Below are positions 10,885 to 22,900 of a stretch of 39,952 nt of DNA, one piece after another. Both the position numbers and the translations under genes were made by a program. The notes beneath the pieces are model-generated. The model saw only the letters and a list, made by a program, of their open reading frames with translations. It did not search any database and was not told where the DNA came from. Each line of letters begins with the position of its first letter. The stretch's first letter is position 1. This DNA comes from Fonticula alba ATCC 38817 (taxonomy: Eukaryota; Protista; Nucleariida): assembly GCA_000388065.2 (NCBI GenBank), contig KB932202.1. One strand, written 5' to 3'.

Positions 10885-13113
10885 ATGTCGCTCGCCGCAC
10901 ACCCGAAAAGGAAGTCGTCCTCGCGGCCGATGCACCAGCGTGCGGCGGCTCCCGCCGACCGGGCCAGTTGCACGCCGGAGCTGTCCGGCCGGACGCCGAC
11001 TCTGGAGGCCGGCGCACCGTCGCAGGACACCGACAGCACTGCTTCCACCTGTGGCCCGCTGCCGCCGCTGCCTTCCGACATGGTGGCCCTGCCGGCCCTG
11101 GCCAGCGTCATGCTTCGGGCGGGCGCCCTCGCGGCCGCGGTCATCCGGGTCCTGTCCCAGAATATCCCCTGCGATGGCCGGCTGAAGGCCGACCAGACGC
11201 CACAAACATTGGCCGACCTCGCCTCGCAGTCCGTGATTGAGCGCCTCCTCCGGCGCAACTTCCCCGAGCTGCAGCTCGTCGGCGAGGAGGACGGCTATTC
11301 GCTGGGCGCCGACTCGGATGACGATTCGGAGGACTATGCCCCGGCCATTCCGCCCGGAGATGCCACCCCGCGTGCCTCCTCCTCCCCGGACATGGACGCG
11401 GAGCCGGAGATGCCGGGCGGTCCGCGCACGGCCGACACGCCACTTCTCGGGCAAATCCGGCGCCTGGTGCGCTGGGCAGTGCGCCTCGGCGGGGCCGAGC
11501 ACATCCAGCACATGGACGCCTACACGCCGGTCTTCCGCCCTCTGACGGCCGATGCCTTCCTGGATCTGCCCTTCGACAGTCCTTTCGCCGGGGCCACCGC
11601 CGCCGAGCGCCTGGACCTGGATCACCTATTCCTGGAGGCCGACCATGCCTTCCGTACCTTCCACAAGGCGGCCCGGCCGGGGCGCGTGGTGTATGGCCGG
11701 CGCCAGGCGCCCTCGGACGAGGCACCCGGCGATGCGAGCACTGTCCACCGGGTGGCCCGCCTCGGTCCCTGGCACACGGCCCCGGCCAGGGATATTGTAC
11801 GTCCACGCGCGTGTGCCTCCTTCCCTCCCCCCCCCACACACACATGCACACATGCACACAGGCGCACAGGCGGTCCGGTACACTGACCGTTGGCGCACTC
11901 GCTGTTGTGCCCCCCCCCCCGCCCTCGCCTCCTGTCCTTTTCAACCAAAGTTGGTGTTCATCGATCCGCTGGATGCCACGAGTACCTTTGCCTCGCGCAA
12001 CCTGAGCGAAATTCACGCGGTCACGGTCATGGTCGGCGCCTCGGTCAATGGTCATGCCACGCTGGGTATCCTGTGTCAGCCTTTCGGGCCGTGCGTTCGG
12101 CCGGTTTCCGGTCTGCCCTTCTGCCGTCCTCCGACCGTCCCCTTGTTGACCCTGTCTTTTTCCCCTCCCTCCCTCCCTCCCTGCCGCCCGCCCCTCTCTC
12201 CCCCCCCCCCCCCCTTTCCCATGCAACATCAGCATGCGTTCGTATGTCGGACTCGTCGGGGTCCCGCCAGCTGGGGGCGGCTTTGCTCGGCGCCAGCGCC
12301 CGGCCCCGGCATACTCGCATCGCTCCCGCGGCGGCAGCCGCGACCCGTCCATCGCCCTGGCCATGACAAACTCCGCCAATCCCGACCGGATTGGACCCAC
12401 CCTCAACCTGGCGTCCTTCCTTTGCTCGGTGCCCGTTCCGCTGAATGGCGACGGCACCGGGGGCCGGCTGATGTCCCCCCCGCCGACCACGGCCACCACC
12501 CCCGACCAGTCGAACTTGTCCGTGTCCTTGCTCCGGGTACCGGGGGCCGGCTTCAAGTTCATCAACATCCTCGAGCAAACGGCCGATGCATACATCCACC
12601 CCTCATCCGGGGGCTTGTCCTTGTGGGACACCTGCGCCGGGGCGGCCATCATCACTGCCAACCATGGGCTGGCCACTGATGCGACCGGCGTGCCGATCAC
12701 CTACCACCGTCGAGCCGGCGAGACGGCCGGACCGCTGGAGCACCAAACCGGCTTCTTTGCCGTCTGTGCGCCCTGGTGCCTGGGGGCCTTGAATGCCGCC
12801 ACCGGTGGGATCACCCAGGTCTCGAACCCCGGCGCCGACATGGCCCCCTTCCCGCGCTTCCCCTCCGGCCGTGTGTCCTGGCACCCCGCCCTCTTCCGCC
12901 ATGCCCCCTCGCTCTACCCCCCGAGCATGATCTGTCCCTTCTTCTGGCCGCGCGGCCGGCATCCGGCTTCCTTCCCGGACATGGCCGAGTATGACCCGCT
13001 GGATGTCCAGCGCTTCGCCGGGCTTGAGGACTTCTTCCGGCAGAACCGCCGCCGCCGTCAGTCGCACCCTGCTCACCCCCGCGGCCCCGGCGAGCGCCAT
13101 GGACCGGGTCCGC

Positions 13114-13157
<44 letters not shown>

Positions 13158-13202
13158 AACCGTCGTAAGCGTCCCTCTCCCTCCTCTCTCCCCTCCCTGT
13201 AG
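10885..13202 (+). CDS. BPNT1: 3'(2'),5'-bisphosphate nucleotidase / inositol-monophosphatase-fold enzyme (BPNT1/gPAPP-like). Exons about 10885-11796, 11951-12090, 12233-~13164/13202.
   Basis: Motifs KADQTPQTLADLASQSVI...FPELQLVGEE, spliced RDI|LVFIDPLDAT, VTVMVGASVNGHATLGILCQPF and GAGFK...WDTCAGAAI are the metal-binding motifs of the Li-sensitive phosphatase family. Phases of introns 11797-11950 and 12091-12232 fit. Start and C-terminal end are uncertain, and the choice of BPNT1 over gPAPP is tentative. Confidence 0.88.
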
Positions 13203-13733
13203 GCAGGGAATGCCATCTACCTCCCCTCTCCCCCACCCCCCTGCCTGCTCCTTGCCTGAATAGACTGCTCTCCCCGGTCCTCGCCGTGTGTGGCCTTTGC
13301 TCCGGGGTCTTTCGTTGATGCGCCCCCGTTGGCACATGTTCTCCGGCGGGCACACACTCACCCAAGTGCCGACGCATGCGACGGCGTTTTCTTGGGCGTG
13401 TGTTCGTGCGCACACGCGCCCTGAGGCAGGGGGCAACGGCGGGGCCGGGGACGGAAACAGCGATGGATCGCGCATCGCTGCCCCTGTCCTAGAGACTTGC
13501 GCCGGCAGGCGGTGTGGGCTGCGCGCGTCCCGGCGTACATGAGGCTGAGCCTTTTCACGGGGGCAAGTGGCCTGGCTCGCAAGGCGGATTCCCAGTAGCA
13601 CCTCCCTGTTCTCTCTCTCTCTCCCCCCCCCCTCCCCACTTGCCCCCGTATCCTCGTCGCCCTCTCGGTTCTCCCTGGTCTTTGCTCTCTTCCTCTCTTC
13701 CGCCCCCTGAACGCGACGCCGGCCCGCCCCAGG

Positions 13734-13962
13734 ATGTCCGCCACCTCCTCCAGCACCGTCTCCCGCTCGACCAGGGCCATCTCCGCCCTGCTGCGGGGCG
13801 GGGACGCGGCCTCCGAGGACTCCACCCCTGCCGGTGGGTACCCAGCCAACCCTCTCCCCAATGCCATGTTCCGGTCTTACTCCTCTCACACTGGTGCGCG
13901 GTGCCTCCTTTGCCTCTGTCCACCCCCTCCTCCCTCTGTGGTGTCGTTCTGACAGTCCTGAC

Positions 13963-13999
<37 letters not shown>

Positions 14000-16347
14000 G
14001 TGGCCATCCCTCCTCCCCCCCTACTTTCCCCCTCCTATCCGTCAAAGCGGCCACCAATGTGGACGTGGAGCTGCCGGCCGGTGCGGCTGGTGCCGCGCTC
14101 GGCCTGGCCTGGTGTGGTGACCGCAGCTTTGCCCTTTTCACCGGATCCGAGCGGCCGTCTGTCGCGGGCGAGGCGAAGGCCCTCGCCTCGAGCGATGGCG
14201 GCGCCAACGCTGGCGGGCACATTTCTGCCACGGCCTCACTCCTGAGCCAGGTGTCGCAAAAGGCCGGGTCGATGTCCCGGGAGCCGGCATTCTCGCCGAC
14301 CGCCGCGGCCGGGATTCAGTTGATGGCCGCGCGGCCGGGTTTCCTGGCAGCTGACCTTCGTCCGCTGCTCATCCAGTCGTACACGGTGTTCTCCCTGCTG
14401 CAGCGCCTCATGGAGGCCGTCAATTCCGGGGCCATGCTGACCACCCTGTCGGACCTGGCCGTCCGGTCGCTGGCCACCTCGGCCAAGCTGATCAGCTGCT
14501 CCTCGGCTCCGGACACGGCCCCTGGCTCGCCGAATGTCGATGCCCTGTCGTCGTCGTCCTCGTCAGCCCTCTCGTCTCCGACCCTCCCGGCCGCCGATGC
14601 CACCAACATCCAGCTCCTCACGAACATCTTCCGCTCGCGCCCGGCCGCGGACATGTACGCTGTCTTCGTTTCCTCCCCTGCGCCCATCCTCATCGTGAGC
14701 TCTGCTTCACTGGCGACTGGAGCTGATCTAACACCCCTTTTGGTCCCCCTCGCCCCCGCTGCCGATGCCGCCCCACTCTCCTCCTCCCCGGCTGCTTGGA
14801 GTAGCCCGGCCCAGGATGTGGCTCTGCGCATCCTTTTCCAGGTGTCCTCCAGCTATCGGGCATCGCTGGAGCAGCAGTGTGTCCACCTGCAGGGGCTCCT
14901 AGATGAGGAGCTGTCCCGGGGGGGCCCGGCCGACCGGATGACCATCGGACCGCGCGCCACCGAGATCGGCACGGCTGTGGCCCACCTGCGTGATGTCCAC
15001 TCCATCTGGCTGCTGGCCGAGTTGCTGTATATCGGCTCGTCTTCCTCCGACATGATCGACATCATCCTGCACTGGTCGCGCTTTTCCAAGGCTCGTGCGT
15101 GGCCGCCCCTCCTCCCCCGAAGAGGCCTCACTCCCAATGCCTGTGCCGCTGCTCGTGCAGCCCCTTCGCCCGCGCTTCTTCTCAACTGACACGCGACTGG
15201 ACCCAGTCCCGGAGGAGCGCCGCTTCCTGCAGGCCCCGAAGTCCCTTTCCCAGGAGAGTCTCATCATCCTCTTCCTCAGGTGTGTCTTTCTCCACTCGTC
15301 TCTCTGCTGCCGGTGCCCGGCCCCAAACTCATCTCTCGCTCTCGCGCACGCGCGCTCTTTCTCTCTGTCTCTTTTTTCTTCTGCCCCGTCCCCTCCCCCT
15401 CCCATAACCGGGGACCAGCCTCATCTGCCGCGGACAGATTCACTTCGCCGCGCAGGTCCTCTCCCACGTCAACTCCCCGGGCGCGCATGCCTTCCGCACT
15501 GTACGATCATGCTGAGAGGACGCCCGTTGCCTGGCCCTCCCGGAACCCCCTTCGCGACCCTCTCCCCTTCCTTTCCTTGTCTAACCCCTCGCCTGGCAAT
15601 TCAGCTGCTTCTCGCCTGCCCGATGCCGGAGCCCGGCGCCGGGAATGGCCCGATCGCGCATCTGCGCTCGCGCGCCTACAATCAATGGCTTGGCACCCTG
15701 CAAAAGTGCACCAGCCAGCCGATTTTGGCCGACCCGGACCTCGGCCCGGTCCTGCGTATGATGCAGGGCGATGCGCACGTCATCTTCCGGCTGACCGGGG
15801 CCCGCTGGTTCGATCTCCTGACCAGCACCCTGTGCTACACACCGGAGCTTAGCCTGTCCAATCACATCGAGGTCGGGTGCGTACCGTGTGTACACCACTC
15901 ATCACTCCCTGCGCGCCATGCCGACTCACACCTTCCGCTCTGGTTCCCCCTTCGCCCTGTTGCGCCCCCTTCGCGGTTTTGCTTTTCTGGCAGGCATCTT
16001 TTCACTGCCCTCCAGCTCTCCACTGGCGGGCTTCCCCTGGCCGACCAGATTGAGATCAGCCTCCTTCGCATGCACCTGACCTCGGTGCGTGTGTCCCTCT
16101 GCCGTATCTTCCTCCTTCGACGCTTTCTCCACTCACGCCTCTCCCACTTCACTGTTCTCTCTCCCCCCCCCTCCCCTGCCCCCCGCCCCCCGCCTGGCCT
16201 CTGTCTCGCCTGGGGTAGGCTCTCCGCTTCTGCTCCGAGCTTGATCCCTGGCTTTCGGCCCACCTGACGGACTTGCTCTTCCATTCCGGCTCCCTGGAAA
16301 GCGAGCTCCTCGTCCAGTGCGTTCCGCTGCGTCCACCCCACCGGCCG

Positions 16348-16396
<49 letters not shown>

Positions 16397-17696
16397 TCAC
16401 AGCTCGGTTTGGATCTAACCCTCGTTCTGGGCCCCAATCGTCCCAGGGCCAACGATGTGCCAGCCGGGCCGTCAAGCGCCGATATTCGCCTGCATTTCCT
16501 GGCCCCATACGGCACGGCGCTCATGGAGCAGCACAACCTTTGGCGCCTGGGCGTGGACTACTTGTCCTCGTGCGGGCCGCCCGGGGCCGCCATGTTGGAG
16601 GCGCTCATCTTGCGCCTGCCGCTGGGCACCGATGAGCAGGTTGCCCGCGTGGTCGACGTGTGCGAGATGCTGCAGCTGACGGACTGCGTGTCGGACGTGT
16701 ACTCGGTCCTGGCTCGGCGAGCCCTGTCCACCGGGGCCCCGGTCAAGGCCCTGCACTATTACTTGCTGACCAGCGACCCGGTCGAGGGGTCGCGCCGGGT
16801 TCTCTCCTGGCTGTGCCAGCGCCTCGTCGGCACTCCATCCCCAGGTGCGTGCGCCCGGCCCGCCGGTTGCTTCGGCTCTCCGATGCCTTTTGGAAGGCGG
16901 TTGCTTTTTTTTTTCTTGCCCCCCTTGCGCGCCTCGTCCCTTGTCTCCGGTGTTGACCCTTCTCCCCGGCTCCGGCTCTCCTCGTTCCTTCCTTTTTCGG
17001 CCCGTGCAGAGACCCTTGCCCTGCTGCAGGGGTTCGCCGAGCAGATTGAGATTGTCCTGCAAAGCCAGGCTCTCCGCTCGGGGCCGGTCTTGCCTGATCT
17101 GCAGCTCTTCGTGCACTTCTGCCACCTCCGCCAGCGCTTCGAGCAGGGCGATCTCCCGGGGGCAGTGCACACCCTGCGTAGCATCTTCATGCGTCCGGCC
17201 GAGTTGTCGGTCTTCTCCCCCTCGACGCACATCTGGCCGCTGGTCTTTGAGACAGCCTTGCCGTTGATCCGCGGTGCGCCCACCATCGTTGCCCACGCCT
17301 CCTGCCTTGCCCCCCTCCCCCCCCCCCCCCCCCCCCCCCCCGGTCCCCTCCTGTCCGGTGTGGCGGTTGGCCATTCTCCGGGCGCACAGTTGCTCACACC
17401 ATGTTGTCACTGGTGGCCCCTGTGCCCTTTCCTCGCCCCCTTTCTGGCCAGATTCCCCGGATCTTGTGGCCCACGAGCTGGCCAGCAAGATGCTTGCCCA
17501 GCTCGACCAGCTGGCCACCATCGTGCAGTTCATGGCCCGGCAGCCGCCGACCGGCCCGGCGGCCGGCGCGCCGCATGGGGCCCGCCGCGGCCCCGCCCCC
17601 CCCGTTGATGGTGCCGCTCTTGACCGCCTCCAGCCCGTTCGCGTTGCTCTTGTCCTTGTCCTGGGTAGCTGCTTCTTTGACATCAGCAAGCACTAG
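13734..17696 (+). CDS. NUP85: Nucleoporin Nup85 (Y-complex), multi-exon
   Basis: HNLWRLGVDYLSSCGPPGAAMLEALILRLPLGTDEQVARVVDVCE...ARRALSTGAPVKALHY matches the human Nup85 segment SLWQLGVDYFDYC...ERIPL. Also WLSAHLTDLL and WFDLLTSTLCYTPE. Several CT-rich introns; exact 5' start and some exon edges not resolved. Confidence 0.88.
16349..16392. repeat. (CA)~22 microsatellite in a NUP85 intron
   Basis: Read directly. Confidence 0.95.
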
Positions 17697-18227
17697 AAGA
17701 AAGCTCCCCCGCCGTGTTCGCTTTTCCCGTGCCGCTGCTCCGGATCCCCCACCCTCGCCTGCGAGGGAGGGGGGCCGAACAGGGCAGGGCAACCGGAAAA
17801 AGCGAGCGAAAAAAATCCCCCGAGCCAGCCCCCAACCCCGTGTCGTATCTCGCCCGGCCCGAACTGCCGACGGAGATGAATAAATATACAACCAGTGTAT
17901 CACGTTGGCGCACAAGCGCGTCACGTTGTCCATCAGGTGATTCCCCGCCCTCATCATAACAATCTCAGCCAGTTTCCGGCCCTCTGGTCCGCTGTGTCCC
18001 CGCTCATTTTTTGTCTCGATGTTGGGCGGAGCGGGGGGGGGGGGGGGGCCTTCACCGGCAGGGGGCTGGCGCGTCTTGGTCGGTGGCTGTGCTCGCCCGC
18101 TCTAATTTACATCTTTGCCCGCCAGCCAGGCAACCACCCCCCCATCTGCCCCGCCTCGCACACACGCTCCCTTGTGTGGTCATATTCACATTCTGTCTGC
18201 TCGCCAGTGATCTCCCGTGGTACCCCC

Positions 18228-18332
18228 NNNNNNNNNNNNNNNNNNNNNNNNNNNNNNNNNNNNNNNNNNNNNNNNNNNNNNNNNNNNNNNNNNNNNNNNN
18301 NNNNNNNNNNNNNNNNNNNNNNNNNNNNNNNN
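18228..18332. other. Assembly gap (N run)
   Basis: Run of N between NUP85 and VPS41. Confidence 1.
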
Positions 18333-18716
18333 GAAATAACCGCCCCAACCGGCAGCTGAGTGCCCACACAGGAGGGAGGATTGTTTGTCCCTGGCTGCCT
18401 CCGGGCCCGACTCCTGTGCGCCGGTGAAGCGCCCGACGCGCCCGTGACTGGGAACAGGGCGGCGCGCAGGAGGACGAGGAGGACATCCGGCCCTCTTCGC
18501 CCGGTGCTCCTGAGGGCCCGGCAGGCCAGGGCGCCGATTTCCGGGCCAGGACACACGCCCGGCAGCTCACCATAGGAGTGCCTACACGTGGAGTAGTAAA
18601 TGGCCTCTGCGTGGGCTTCGGGCAACTTCTCCTCCGCCCGCGCGCCCCTTTCCCCTCCCCCCTCCCCCTTTCCTTCCCGGTGTTGGACAAACGCCGCCCC
18701 TGTGCGTGCACATATC

Positions 18717-19891
18717 ATGGCCGCTGATCGGAAGAAGGCCAGCTACTACTCGGATGACTCCGAGGAGGAATACGAGGCCGGCGACCAGCTAGACTTCGAC
18801 CCGAAGGACTACTATGATGACGAGGACGATGACAGCACCGAGGGCGATGGCCCCGAGTCCGACGCGGAAGAGGTCTCCGTGTCCGAGGGTGATGACGAGG
18901 ACGAGGAGGAGTCCGAGTCTGATGTCGTCGCTGCCGCCGCTCCCGCCCCCGCCACTTCTGATGGGCCTGGCGAGGCAGAGGACTCGGACGATGTCTACGA
19001 CAGTGAGGACGAAGAGGATGACGAGGCCGGGGAGGCCCACTCTTCGACCGGCGCCAGTGCTGCCGCCCCCGCCGCCGTCCCCATCCTTCAACTCCCTGCA
19101 CTTCAACGTGTGCTCTTCCGATCTGATGGGCCTGGCGAGGCAGAGGACTCGGACGATGTCTACGACAGTGAGGACGAAGAGGATGACGAGGCCGGGGAGG
19201 CCCACTCTTCGACCGGCGCCAGTGCTGCCGCCCCCGCCGCCGTCCCCATCCTTCAACTCCCTGCACTTCAGGTGCCCGTCCGCACGTTCATCGAGGTGGC
19301 CCCTGTTGTCGCACAGTCGACGGCCGTGGCCCCATCCGCCGCCCCCGTCGCCGCTGCAACTGCTGCTGGTGGTCCGGCTCTTCCACCGGTCACAGCGGCT
19401 GGGTCTCTCACCGGGGCCACCGCTCCTGCTTCCGGCTCTGCTACCACCCCGGCGGCTGTTGCTTCCCGTCCAGCGGGTGCCCCCGTCGCATCTCCAGATC
19501 GGGTGAGCGTCGTGTAGGGAAAGCACAGTCGACGGCCGTGGCCCCATCCGCCGCCCCCGTCGCCGCTGCAACTGCTGCTGGTGGTCCGGCTCTTCCACCG
19601 GTCACAGCGGCTGGGTCTCTCACCGGGGCCACCGCTCCTGCTTCCGGCTCTGCTACCACCCCGGCGGCTGTTGCTTCCCGTCCAGCGGGTGCCCCCGTCG
19701 CATCTCCCGGCCAGGTGGCCGTCCCTGGAATGAGCTTCGTCCCGACTTCCGCTGTAGCCGCCACGGCCGCCTCTCCCGCTCCCGCCGTCCAGGCGGCCGC
19801 CGGGGAAGATGATGACGACCATTATGACTCCTATGACTCCTACGACGATGAGGATGAGGATGATGATGAAGACGATGAGGATGAGGATGAG

Positions 19892-19926
<35 letters not shown>

Positions 19927-22900
19927 TGATGATGATGATGATGATGATGACGATGAAGAGGAGGAGGAGGAGGAGCCGAAGCTCAAGTACCGCCGTCTTG
20001 GCAATAGCGTCTCCGAAATCCTCAAGGCCAACAGCGACATCGCCAGCTGCCTGTGTGTTCATGAGCGTCTCCTGGTGCGCTGTTGTATGTTCCACCTTTC
20101 TCCTACCTCTGGCATCTTCATTGACCTTCTTTTCTCTTTCCCCCCCCCCCCCCCCCGCTCCTCTTCTTCTCCCTCCCTCCCTCGCTCCCTACCTTTCTCT
20201 CTCTCTCTCTCTCTATCTCTCCCTTCCCCCCTCTCCTCCCCCCTCTCCCCGTCTCTCCACACCGTGACACGGTACCAGGCTCTGGGCACCCATTGGGGCA
20301 TGATTTATTTGCTGGATCTCGAGGGCAATGAGATTCGCCGGCTGCCATTGCACTCTGCCACCGTCAATGACATCAGCATCGACGCTGACGGCGAGTATCT
20401 GGCCAGTTGCTCGGATGACGGTGCGCCCCGGCTGCTTGCCCTCCTTCCTCTGTCCTCCGCTCGCAGCCCCCCTTCCGCTTCTGACTCCCCATCCCAGGCA
20501 AGGTCATTGTCACGGCCCTCTTTTCGAATGAGACGCACTCGTACTCCACCAAGCGCCCCGTCAAGGCGGTGGCCCTGGACCCGAACTATTCGAAGCGCTC
20601 CTCGCGGCGTCTGGTCAGCGGCGGTCTGTCAGGTCAACTGACAATGCATGACCGTGGCTGGTTCTCCGGGCGCGAGACCCCGCTCCACGCCGGCGAAGGG
20701 ACCATCCATGCGATTCGCTGGCGCGGGGACCTGATCGCCTGGGCCAATGACAAGGGCGTCAACATCTACGACACCTCGACTCAGCAACGCATCAGCTTCA
20801 TCGATCGGCCGAAGGTACGCGCTGCGATGGCCATGTCGCCGGGGTGGCCTGCCTGCTTGTCGGGCTTGCCCCTTTCCCGGTCGCGCTGTGCCCCGACTGA
20901 CGGCTGGTGTGCCCTTCGAATGGCTTCCATCGCCCCCTCCCCCCCCCCTCCCTGCTTCTCCCTCTGCCTCGCCCCTCCTGACCGCCACCACCACCACCAT
21001 CACCTCCGGGCTGCTCTTTGCTCAGGGCTCTCCCCGCGCGGACCTCTACCGGTGCTGTTTGCACTGGAAAAATGACAACGTCCTGCTGATCGGCTGGGCC
21101 GACACCGTGAAGATCGGCTTCGTCAAGCCGCAAATGGTCAATGGCCTGCCGAATAAGTGTGTGGAAACCGTGGTCTTCCAGCTTTCGGACCAGTTCATCA
21201 GCGGGCTGTGTCCCTTCGGCAACATCCTGGCCGTGCTGTCGTATCGGGAGCCGCAGCTGGTGAATGCGGCGGGACGGGTGATTTCGTCCGGGCCTGGTGG
21301 CGGCCCGGCGGCGGTCGCTGCCGCTGCCCGTGCCGGCGCCCAGCCGGTTGCCCATCGGCCGGAAATGCGCCTGGTCACATACCGGAATGAGGAGATTTCC
21401 GCCAACATCCTGTCGCTCTCCAACTACGAGGAGTACACGGCCAAGTCCTACCACCTGCTGTGCTCCCCGAGTGAGGATGCCTTCTACATCATGTCCCAAC
21501 GGGAGATCATCGTGGCGACCCCGTGCGACTTGGATGATCGGGTCCTTTGGCTGGTGGACCGGTGTCGCTTTGAGGATGCCCTGCGCATTGCCGAGGCGCC
21601 GGGGACCCTGCTCTACCGGACCACCGCCCTGGACATCGGCACCAAGTACATCATTTACCTGCTGGAGAATGGCCGCTTCAAGGAAGCCGCGGCCGCCTGT
21701 CCGCGTGTACTCAAGACCAATGTCGACCTTTGGGCCACGTTCATCACAACCTTCGACCGGAACAAGCAGCTAGATGTGCGTTTGGGTTGTTTTTTTTTTC
21801 TCCCTGACTCGCCTCCCTCTCTCCCCCTCTCTCTCTCCCTCTCTCTTCCTCTCCCCCTCTCTCTCCCCCTCTCTCCTCCTCTCTCCCCTTCTCGCTCTTA
21901 CGCCACATGCTGCTTGCTGATTGTGTATGTGTGCATCGCATCTCCCATCCAGGCCATCTGCCCGTACATCCCCACCTCCAACCCTACCCTCTCGCCGATG
22001 ATCTACGAGGTGGTCCTCCTCCACTTCATCCATTCCAATCCCCTGGTGCGTCCCCGCGCACGGCCGCCACCGACCGAGCCTCGGCTCTCTTTGCCACATC
22101 ATCCTGAACGCCGACGCCCTGCGCCCTGCGCCCCTGCCCCTGCCCCTGCCCCTCTCGCTCACCCTCCTGCCTCCTCCGGGTGTGCCCCCAGCGTCTGCTC
22201 GAGACCATCCGGTCTTGGCCTTCGACGCTGTATAGCATCGCAGCTGTCACTTCGGCCATCGAGAAGGTTCTGCTTCCCAACCGGCCGCCCGGGGCTGGGC
22301 CCAGTGCCCCGACTCTGCTCCTGGCCAACCCCCCGCAGACTGCCAGTCATCTCAATCTTACGAAGGCGCTGGCCGAGCTGTGCGTGGGCCTGTGCTTTGC
22401 CTCTGTGCTTTTCCCTCTTTCGCATCATCACCCTCTCGAATGCCGCTAATCTCGCCCCCTGCTGCTCAGCTATTCGCTCGATAACCGGCTGGAGGATTCG
22501 CTTGACATCCTGATCCTCCTGCAGAACAGCTTGGCTCTGGATCTCATTCGGAAGGTCCGCCCACCCCTCCCCCTTCCGTCCTCGCTCCCTCCTCCCCCAT
22601 CCCCTGCCATCCTATCCCACGCACGCACGAAAGCACACCCACTCCGACTCCCCTTCATTGGCGACTGACAGCCGGCCACGCATGCCCCCCCCCCCCCACA
22701 CACACACACAGCACGACCTCTACACCTCCATCCAGGGGAAGATCCTGCCCCTGCTGCAATTGGATACCACCCCCCAGGCCATGGGCCTCCCGGCGGACTT
22801 CGTGCGCAAGCCCGATGTCGATGTCGCCTCCCTGCCGGGGTACATTCAGCCGCATGCCCGGCCGGCCATGCAACTCCTCATTCGCAACACCTCCAAGATC

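Noticed and set aside
11862-11888. Micro-exon in the nucleotidase gene
   Set aside because: Direct splicing gives RDI|LVFIDPLD, matching the family pattern; the extra exon needs a weak GTTGGC donor.
18957-19707. Tandem protein repeats in the VPS41 N-terminus
   Set aside because: Each junction contains Illumina adapter sequence, so these are artefacts and not biological repeats.
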